From an uncultured virus (IMG/VR IMGVR_UViG_3300021602_000281) (Duplodnaviria > Heunggongvirae > Uroviricota > Caudoviricetes): 64,000 nucleotides of DNA. Positions 57,192 through 64,000 of the stretch are shown here, piece by piece. The DNA is taken from the IMG/VR virus record IMGVR_UViG_3300021602_000281; one strand, 5' to 3'. The notes beneath the pieces were generated by a model. It did not search any database and was not told the origin of the DNA. It was given only the letters and a program-made list of their open reading frames with translations. How positions within the stretch are numbered: the stretch's first letter is position 1; each line of letters opens with the position of its first letter. Made by a program: the position numbers and the translations under genes.

Positions 57192-57620
57192 CTATGCAGC
57201 AACGTCGGTGCTGTTAATATTGTGAATTATAGTAATCTTGTTTGGCATCATTCCGTTGTTGGCTGGTGGTGTACTTGTAAATGTAATCGTTGTTGTTCCG
57301 TTTAACGTATAGTTGGTAGTTGGTTGTTGATATACTCCGCCAACAAACACAGCAATACTGTTTACATTTGATTCTGCTTGTGACATTAAAAATGTCTGTG
57401 CGACACCATCAGGTGCAATGTCGTCTACTACAAGAGAGACAGTTCCAATTTTGGCAACTTGATTCCAAGAGTTGTTATAATAAAATTCAATTCTACTATT
57501 GTCTGAATTAAATCTAATTAATCCAGTAGATGGTGCATCAGCCAAAGTTGTGGTGCCAATTGGTAATCGTACTCCAAGTGAACCTTGTGCAATGTCTGGA
57601 TTTTTAAGAAGTCTTCCCAT
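57192..57620 (-). CDS. Small structural protein
   Basis: LP.GT..GLIRFN and VFVGGVYQ.P modules shared with fibres. Confidence 0.7.
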   Translation of the reverse strand: MGRLLKNPDIAQGSLGVRLPIGTTTLADAPSTGLIRFNSDNSRIEFYYNNSWNQVAKIGTVSLVVDDIAPDGVAQTFLMSQAESNVNSIAVFVGGVYQQPTTNYTLNGTTTITFTSTPPANNGMMPNKITIIHNINSTDVAA

Positions 57621-57621
57621 T

Positions 57622-57936
57622 TTAAATTCCGATTGAACTCACTGTTGCTGTTACAGCAGATGCGTTGCTACAGTTAGCCATGATTGCATCACCTACGCCG
57701 CCTAAAATAAATTTCTCTGCATAAACAATTAATGTGTTATATGCTGTCAATGAATAATTTGAATAAATTACTGTACTGTTACCTGCTGTACTTCCGCCAG
57801 GTACTACATACACGTTAACTGTTTGTGTATTGTTAGTATAGTTTGCCAAGTGAATTGTAGTTACCGCAGTTGTTCCCGAACTGTTAACTAGTATATTTGC
57901 CGCTGTTGTTGTTAATGCTGTGTTTGTGATTGCCAT
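57622..57936 (-). CDS. Small beta-sandwich structural protein
   Basis: 104-aa ORF in late operon. Confidence 0.65.
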   Translation of the reverse strand: MAITNTALTTTAANILVNSSGTTAVTTIHLANYTNNTQTVNVYVVPGGSTAGNSTVIYSNYSLTAYNTLIVYAEKFILGGVGDAIMANCSNASAVTATVSSIGI

Positions 57937-57948
57937 TTTAAATTAGTC

Positions 57949-58545
57949 CTATCCGAATACAATACTGTAAGCAACTGCCTTACTTTTTGTCACAAGCTCT
58001 TGAGCTGTGTATGTGCTATTAGTTATATACAAACCCGATCCACCGCCCGATGGCGTTTGTGCATACACTACATTATAACCTGCAACTGCTGTTGGTGCCA
58101 CTGTGGTATTTTTTATAGCAACGTTATCATCAAATTTTACAGTATGCATGGTTGAACTGTATATACTATACGTACTCATATCTAAATTAGATACTGATAA
58201 ACTACCGCTTGTGGCTATGTTAGCAAATGTGCTTCCGTCTGAACTTATCTGCCAGTTCGTGACGTTTTCATTCCACCGTAATGCAACGTTGGAACCTAAT
58301 GATCCTCTATCAATTTGAATACCAGAAAAGCCGGGACTTGACACACCAGCATTTGTTTCGCCTTTATTCAATACAACAATATTATCTGTAATGTCTGTGT
58401 TTGTGTGACTAATACTCTGACTGTTACCACCAATTTGTAAGTTACCATCAATGAATAAGGTGCCAGTTGAGATTACTACATTTGCACCTGCAGTTTCTTT
58501 GTTGGTTATGGTATAATTACCTAATATTCTTTTTGTGGTTGCCAT
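57949..58545 (-). CDS. Structural protein
   Basis: I.DN.V.LN.GE..G..GI.IDRG fibre-type module. Confidence 0.7.
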   Translation of the reverse strand: MATTKRILGNYTITNKETAGANVVISTGTLFIDGNLQIGGNSQSISHTNTDITDNIVVLNKGETNAGVSSPGFSGIQIDRGSLGSNVALRWNENVTNWQISSDGSTFANIATSGSLSVSNLDMSTYSIYSSTMHTVKFDDNVAIKNTTVAPTAVAGYNVVYAQTPSGGGSGLYITNSTYTAQELVTKSKAVAYSIVFG

Positions 58546-58602
58546 CGTAAATAACCTTATTTTAGTATATTTAGCCCAAGTTAATAGATTGTTTTTTCAA
58601 AT

Positions 58603-58626
58603 AAAAAGGGACCGAAGTCCCTTTTT
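58603..58626 (-). terminator. Intrinsic terminator, UUCG loop
   Basis: GGGAC-TTCG-GTCCC-TTTTT. Confidence 0.88.
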
Positions 58627-58644
58627 ACATAATGCTAACTTAAA

Positions 58645-59088
58645 TTAATAAGCAGAAACGTTTGCAAAACCAGCACCAGCAACGGTTGGGGTTAATACAT
58701 AACGATACTTGTTACCAGCAAAATCGTAAACAAATTTGTTAGTAATACGACTTGCATTAAATGCTGCGTTGGCTGAGGTATATCCAGAAATGCTGCCTTG
58801 GCTAGCTGTTCGTAGACCACCTGTTGCATTAACTAGTGTTACTGTTGTAATGCTAGTACCTGCTGAAGCAGAATTTGCTACACGGAATTTACGTGATCCT
58901 TTTTGTGCAATAATATAACCGTGAGTCACTTGTGCATTTGCTGTAGTGTTGTACGATACATCAATTGTTTTTACACCAGTTGTTGTGATAGATTGACTTG
59001 GGCCACCTGTACCACCAGCTGCTCCAGGTATGTCTTGACTATGCAATGTGCCGTTTGTTTCTTTATAAGCGATTTTTAACTTTGCCAT
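58645..59088 (-). CDS. Putative capsid decoration protein
   Basis: Monocistronic gene directly after MCP with its own TAAATA, strong SD and terminator. Confidence 0.55.
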   Translation of the reverse strand: MAKLKIAYKETNGTLHSQDIPGAAGGTGGPSQSITTTGVKTIDVSYNTTANAQVTHGYIIAQKGSRKFRVANSASAGTSITTVTLVNATGGLRTASQGSISGYTSANAAFNASRITNKFVYDFAGNKYRYVLTPTVAGAGFANVSAY

Positions 59089-59180
59089 TTTATTTTCTCC
59101 TTTAAATAGCGTTCTAGGCTACCCGAAGTGGCTATACTCCAAGAATTCTTATGAACATAACTATTTATGGTACAGCCAAC

Positions 59181-59207
59181 AAAAAAGGCAACCGAAGTTG
59201 CCTTTTT
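59181..59207 (-). terminator. Intrinsic terminator after MCP, UUCG loop
   Basis: GGCAAC-TTCG-GTTGCC-TTTTTT. Confidence 0.9.
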
Positions 59208-59241
59208 GTACCTTCCCATCCCTGGGTTAGTTATTCCAATA

Positions 59242-60420
59242 TTATTGGAATGATAGATTTGCTACAGCGATTTCGCCAACGTAGTCACCAGCGTTACCTA
59301 AAGATGATGCTGTGTTTGTTAACTCAACATATCCGTAACGTGTCATGAACGATACGACTGGTTCAAAAGTGCTTGGATCTAGAACAACACCAGAGCTCAT
59401 CAAAGGAATATAAGGGCAATAGAACGCAGCTGCATCAGCTTCGCTAGAACCTTTATAACCAACTAGAACTGCTTGGCTGTCATTTGCATAACCGTCAACA
59501 TAAATCTTCATTGCACCGTTCAATGTACCAACAAACTTAGTGTTTGTAGGAGCTTCAAAAGTACCTTCTGTTGTACGGGCAAATGCGCTTGTTGTAGCAG
59601 ATTGTAATACTGTTAATGCAGCTGGGGAAACAACAGCCCAGTTACCAGCACCACGACGTGTACGCTGAGCGATCAAGTTAGCTGTACGGTTGACTAGAAC
59701 AGCTAAAGCAGCGTGTTCGTCACCAACGAATGTAGCAGTACCTGAAACGGCAGCTTGGTCGAATGTGAAGTCAGTTGCGGCAAGAGCACGTAGTGAACCA
59801 AGAATCTCTTGATCAATTTCTACAGTGATTTCTTGTGCTAAAGCAGCCATAATTTCAGCTTCAACATCTAAACCGTGCATGGATTGTGCATCCTGAGCGG
59901 CTTCAAATGTCCAACGAGCTGACAATTTGCGTGTCTTAGCTTCAACAACTTGTTTCAAGATTTGAACGTTGATACGGTTACCAGCAACACCTTCTAATGC
60001 GGATGTTGAAGTAGCTTGACCAGTAGATGAACTACCAGAGTATGCAACAGCAATCTTAAATGGGCTCAATGCTTCATCACCAGCAGCAGTGGATGTTGCG
60101 TATGCGCTTGAATCAGTTTGGTTGTCAGCGTAACGTACACGTAGTGTATGGATCTGTGCAACTGGACCTGTCATTGGTTGTACACCAACGATTTCGTTAG
60201 CGATAACAGTTGGCATAACACGACGGATAACAGGTAGAATAACACGGTTAAGTGTTGCTACGTTACCAGCTTGTGTTGCACCGCCTGAAGCGTTTTCTGC
60301 TAACATCTTGCGAGTGTTTTCTAAAATCACACCCATTGTGGTTCTCTTCGAACCTTGTAGGCCTTCTAGCAGGGCATCTTTTGTTTCGCCCCAACGGCTT
60401 TCTAATAATGCTTGTGTCAT
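59242..60420 (-). CDS. gp23: Major capsid protein (T4 gp23-like)
   Basis: GVQPMTGP, VEAKTRKL.A.W..E.AQD..HGLD.EAE, FYCPYIPL, TRYG. Confidence 0.97.
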   Translation of the reverse strand: MTQALLESRWGETKDALLEGLQGSKRTTMGVILENTRKMLAENASGGATQAGNVATLNRVILPVIRRVMPTVIANEIVGVQPMTGPVAQIHTLRVRYADNQTDSSAYATSTAAGDEALSPFKIAVAYSGSSSTGQATSTSALEGVAGNRINVQILKQVVEAKTRKLSARWTFEAAQDAQSMHGLDVEAEIMAALAQEITVEIDQEILGSLRALAATDFTFDQAAVSGTATFVGDEHAALAVLVNRTANLIAQRTRRGAGNWAVVSPAALTVLQSATTSAFARTTEGTFEAPTNTKFVGTLNGAMKIYVDGYANDSQAVLVGYKGSSEADAAAFYCPYIPLMSSGVVLDPSTFEPVVSFMTRYGYVELTNTASSLGNAGDYVGEIAVANLSFQ

Positions 60421-60445
60421 GATATTTCCTTTTCCTATTTAGGGT

Positions 60446-61555
60446 TTATTTAAGCCCTGCTAAACGTTTCATTTCATAAACATTGTTATATGTCTCTGAA
60501 GTTTCAACGGCAGTTTTAGCAGTTTTATCGCCAGTTACTGCTGTACGACTCTCAGTTAAAACAGCAGCTTTTGGGGCTACTTCTTTAACAGCGGAATTGT
60601 TCAACACAGCTGGTAGATACTTCTCGTATGCAGACTGAAGACGATCAGTCGTTACACTTTCAAGTAAGTCACGCATAATTGCTGACTTTTCTTTGTTCAA
60701 AGGTTTCAACATCTCGCCAAGTTTTTCTTTGCGTTCTGCTGTTTCTTTGATAATACGTATTTCTTTTTCTTTTGTCTCAACTAGAGCTTGCTTATTTTTA
60801 ATTGCCGAAACTGCTTCCGACAACTTATTAGTTACTAAATCTACTGTAGATTGTAACTTACGGATCTGCTTGTTCTCATTTAAGTGAGTACCGGCAAATT
60901 CGCTAGCATACGCTTCAAATAGACGACGTCCAAACATGTTCTCGCGAGCAATTTGAATGTCTTCTTTTAGTTGAGTCAACTCTGACTCTAATGAACTGGT
61001 TACAGCCTCTTTAACAGCGACAGCGGATTGAGCAATGAACTTGGTTTGAAGTTCAGCTAATTTAGCTTTACCTTCACGAACTAGACGAACTTTAGTTTCC
61101 ACTACAGCACGTTTGTCTGACTCAAATTCCTTGATTTCTTCTGCCAAAGCACGAATTACAAACTTTTCTAATTTGCCAACGGCACTTTCGTATTGTTTGC
61201 GGTCCGAGCGTAGTTCTTTAATTTCTTCTGATAGTTTTGATACCATGAAATTATTGAACTTGCTTGCGCTTTCGACCATGTGTGTTTTAAACTTAACGCG
61301 GTCTTCTGCTAATTGTTTTTTTTCATCTGCAAACTCTGAGAGTTCAGCAGTGAGAGACTCAGTTACCATTTTGTCCAGAGCTTCAACCATAACTTGTTTA
61401 TCGTGTTGATAACGTTGACTAAATTCTTCACGCAGTTCTGCACGTACTTCTTCTTTAGCTTCGGTAATACGTGTTTCCCAAGCTTCGGAAATCGCTGTGC
61501 GAGTTTCTTCGTTAATAATTCCGTTATCCAACAGTGGTTTGATAGCATCTAACAT
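60446..61555 (-). CDS. gp22: Prohead core scaffold protein (gp22-like)
   Basis: Long E/K-rich coiled coil between protease and MCP. Confidence 0.85.
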   Translation of the reverse strand: MLDAIKPLLDNGIINEETRTAISEAWETRITEAKEEVRAELREEFSQRYQHDKQVMVEALDKMVTESLTAELSEFADEKKQLAEDRVKFKTHMVESASKFNNFMVSKLSEEIKELRSDRKQYESAVGKLEKFVIRALAEEIKEFESDKRAVVETKVRLVREGKAKLAELQTKFIAQSAVAVKEAVTSSLESELTQLKEDIQIARENMFGRRLFEAYASEFAGTHLNENKQIRKLQSTVDLVTNKLSEAVSAIKNKQALVETKEKEIRIIKETAERKEKLGEMLKPLNKEKSAIMRDLLESVTTDRLQSAYEKYLPAVLNNSAVKEVAPKAAVLTESRTAVTGDKTAKTAVETSETYNNVYEMKRLAGLK

Positions 61556-61567
61556 TGGATATTTCTC

Positions 61568-62206
61568 CTATAGTTTCAAATCTTTGATAAGGCGGGTTAC
61601 TGCCTCTTTCAGGTACTTCTGTACTCGTTGATTACCACTGGCTTCACGTGCCATTTCGAACACCTGATTTCCCCCACGCATATTCATTAAGCTCTCATAG
61701 ATTGCTTTTGGATAGGCATGCGGAGCACTAGGCTGTGCTACAACGTCCACGGTAATGATTTCAAAACCACTAACGTGTCCACTACTTTCGTTTACTTCCC
61801 CAGATCCACGTGAACTAACTCCTAGCTTAACGCCAGAAGTAAGCATAGCTCTTACAAGCTCGCCCATTGGGGTAGGTAATACTTTTAGTTTTCCAAAACC
61901 AGCAGGGCCATCCATCCACATTTCTGTGATCATATGGCTTACGCGGTCTAGATTAATCTTTAAATCGTCTGGATGATCCACTTCGCCTAAGACGGAGTAG
62001 CCACCTTTGATTTGATCATTAATTGTACCAACGGCTTTTTCAATTTCGTGAACGGGGTAAACTCGTTCGTTAGCGTTTTTAACGCCTCCTTCGATGAATA
62101 CCCCTTTCATATAGAGATCTTTACCTTTCCCGTCGGCTGCATCCTCGCTTAATACTTGGATACCAGCCCGGTCAAAAGTTAAGTTCTCTTTTAGGTACAA
62201 AGCCAT
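61568..62206 (-). CDS. gp21: Prohead protease (T4 gp21-like)
   Basis: N.N.R.YP, GE.DHP, TPMG, GVSSRGSG, D.VA.PS. Confidence 0.95.
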   Translation of the reverse strand: MALYLKENLTFDRAGIQVLSEDAADGKGKDLYMKGVFIEGGVKNANERVYPVHEIEKAVGTINDQIKGGYSVLGEVDHPDDLKINLDRVSHMITEMWMDGPAGFGKLKVLPTPMGELVRAMLTSGVKLGVSSRGSGEVNESSGHVSGFEIITVDVVAQPSAPHAYPKAIYESLMNMRGGNQVFEMAREASGNQRVQKYLKEAVTRLIKDLKL

Positions 62207-62219
62207 TTGTAGTTCCTAA

Positions 62220-63284
62220 TTATTTCTTGCCAGTATTTTGTACTTGCACGGATTTTTTAGATACTGGAACCGATCCGTCAGTTGTTTGGCCTTCTTTACC
62301 ATGTTCAGTGCTATAATCACCTTCTTTGGTTTTGAAGCTAGACTTACCAGCGTTGCCGCCAGGAACGTTTACATTACCAGACTTTAGCTGACCTGGCTTT
62401 GGTGAGCTAGGAGCTGATGTACCGTCTTGATTCTGTTCGCCGCCTCTTGGAGTAGCAGTCTTGCCACCAAAGTCAGCACCTGGGCCAGTAATAGACTTGT
62501 CATTTACACTTGTCTTTTTACCAGTTGCACCAACTGCGTCGCCTTCGGAAGCGCCTGTTAGATTCATATCTTGAATCTTGTCAACGTATTCACGCATTAA
62601 TTCTGTTGTAGATTGTTTACGGCTTTCAAATGGTTTGCCGCTTGTGCCTGATCCTGATTTACCAGAACCACTTGCACCAGAACCACTTTTCTTGTCATCA
62701 GCCGCTTTTTTCATCGACTCTTTCTTGTTACCGTCTTTATCTAGGTCTAAGAAGTCTGGTTTCTTACCTTCAGCAAACTGTTCTTCGCCTTGATCCATAC
62801 TTTGTTCGTCGCCGCCCATGTCGTCCATACCTGGCTCTTCAGCTGGCATTTCATCGCCCATGTCAGCACCCATATCGTCGCCGCCAGTGTCGCCCATGAT
62901 CTCGTCAAACTTAGCTAATAGCTCGTCTAACTTAGCATCAATGTTCATGACTGTTTCATCATGATTTGGCTCTGCGCCCATGTCATCACCTTCGATACCA
63001 TGATCACCGTCCATTGGCAAATCGCCACTAACTTCGTCGTCTGCATCAACATCGTCAATGCTAAATTCGTCTTCTTCTTCGTGTACAGATTCTTCTGCGC
63101 CGATCTCGTCAACCATTTGACCAACTTGGTCTCCGGCAACTTGTTCTTCTACAGATTCTTCGTCTTCTATGATTGACTCATAGATATCACGGCTTTTTTC
63201 AACTACGATGTCGTGAAATAATTCACGGGCTTTTTGGTCTTCATCATTAATGATGTACTCAATTAATTTCTCAAACTTGTTCAT
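62220..63284 (-). CDS. Acidic prohead core protein (gp67/68 position)
   Basis: Highly acidic low-complexity ORF between portal and protease. Confidence 0.6.
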   Translation of the reverse strand: MNKFEKLIEYIINDEDQKARELFHDIVVEKSRDIYESIIEDEESVEEQVAGDQVGQMVDEIGAEESVHEEEDEFSIDDVDADDEVSGDLPMDGDHGIEGDDMGAEPNHDETVMNIDAKLDELLAKFDEIMGDTGGDDMGADMGDEMPAEEPGMDDMGGDEQSMDQGEEQFAEGKKPDFLDLDKDGNKKESMKKAADDKKSGSGASGSGKSGSGTSGKPFESRKQSTTELMREYVDKIQDMNLTGASEGDAVGATGKKTSVNDKSITGPGADFGGKTATPRGGEQNQDGTSAPSSPKPGQLKSGNVNVPGGNAGKSSFKTKEGDYSTEHGKEGQTTDGSVPVSKKSVQVQNTGKK

Positions 63285-63390
63285 GTGAACTCCTTTTAAA
63301 TGGCTTTGTAAAGTTATTTACAAAACTACGTATATTTAGGGGTTAAATGGGTGTTTTTTGACGAATTTGGCGAAGATACGCCTAAACTTA

Positions 63391-63624
63391 TTATAAGCCT
63401 GGGGCGCCGCCAGCTTCTGGGGCTGGTGCATACTGTTTTGCAACTGCTGCTAACTTCTGCTCGTGTTCCAACTTACGCACATCGTGGCTTTGTCTTAATT
63501 GATTTAAGTGAGCCAATGTTACTCTTGAGCCCGCACGGCTATCGCTTTTTTTGGTTATATTGTGATCTTGTTTCTCATCACGGTAGCCAGTTGGTGCTGG
63601 GTCAAATAGTTCTAAAATGTACAT
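63391..63624 (-). CDS. Hypothetical protein
   Basis: 77-aa ORF, TAAATA 8 nt upstream. Confidence 0.7.
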   Translation of the reverse strand: MYILELFDPAPTGYRDEKQDHNITKKSDSRAGSRVTLAHLNQLRQSHDVRKLEHEQKLAAVAKQYAPAPEAGGAPGL

Positions 63625-63648
63625 AGTATAGCTATTTAACCTTTTTAA

Positions 63649-64000
63649 TTAAATTGTAGGAACCGCGCCAACCGCGCCTGCTGCACCTTGATTACCCGGC
63701 CCTGTTGCACCTGGTGCCGATTCGGGACCGCCGGCTTCTGGATTGCTGGCTTCTGGGCCAAGTCCTTCTAAGTCACTTTGTATTCCGCCGGGACTTACAC
63801 CAACACTACGCAAGCCAGGAGCATCGGGAGTTGCAATTTCTGTATCTCCACGTTCTTCTGCAAACATTACTTCGTTTTCACTAATCTCTTGCTCAGTCAT
63901 ACCTAAATAACGTTTCATTAAGTAGCGTTTGCTCAGATAAGGAAATTGCTCTAACTGTGTAAATGTTGCGATACGAGCAGAGTCAATGTCTGCCTGGCGA
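63649..64000 (-). CDS. gp20: C-terminal part of portal protein (gp20-like), truncated by window edge
   Basis: Open frame to the edge: RIATF..PYLSKRY.MKRYLG.TE.EI; position upstream of core and protease genes. Confidence 0.75.
   Translation of the reverse strand, partial: RQADIDSARIATFTQLEQFPYLSKRYLMKRYLGMTEQEISENEVMFAEERGDTEIATPDAPGLRSVGVSPGGIQSDLEGLGPEASNPEAGGPESAPGATGPGNQGAAGAVGAVPTI

Noticed and set aside
59106..59135. preQ1-I riboswitch (GTTCTAG on plus strand)
   Set aside because: Wrong strand for the downstream gene, and it lacks the A-rich 3' tail.
1..64000. Stop-codon reassignment
   Set aside because: Core genes are intact in the standard code, TAG and TGA end several tightly packed genes, and no suppressor tRNA is seen.

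Overview
This is a 64-kb segment of a large (jumbo-type) T4-related myophage genome that uses the standard genetic code and is transcribed mostly from the minus strand. At about 1-7.2 kb there is a tRNA array (9 CCA-encoding tRNAs) mixed with candidate structured ncRNAs and accessory enzymes: a 2OG-Fe(II) oxygenase, a Cys-less redoxin, two DctP-like proteins without signal peptides, a PP-loop protein and a radical SAM/SPASM enzyme. At about 7-15.5 kb are nuclease-like, sugar-nucleotide and methyltransferase genes plus the uvsY/uvsX/gp32 module. At about 15.6-37.8 kb are terminase, putative internal head proteins, head completion, tail tube, sheath, neck and tail terminator genes. A block of about 21 kb of modular fibre genes (37.8-59 kb) sits directly downstream of the head module (major capsid, scaffold, protease, core, partial portal). 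The best candidate novel system is at 3591-3849. A consensus sigma70 promoter drives an unannotated, near-leaderless 53-codon ORF that uses all 20 amino acids and 37 different codons. Its 3' end forms an antiterminator that competes with an intrinsic terminator in front of the ncRNA/tRNA array. This looks like a ribosome-stalling attenuator that would switch on phage tRNAs when almost any host tRNA is depleted. Other observations are systematic leaderless transcripts, GMxE-delimited cassettes and LAGL motifs in putative head proteins, and several structured RNAs. All product calls come from motif recognition by eye; no database searches were run.
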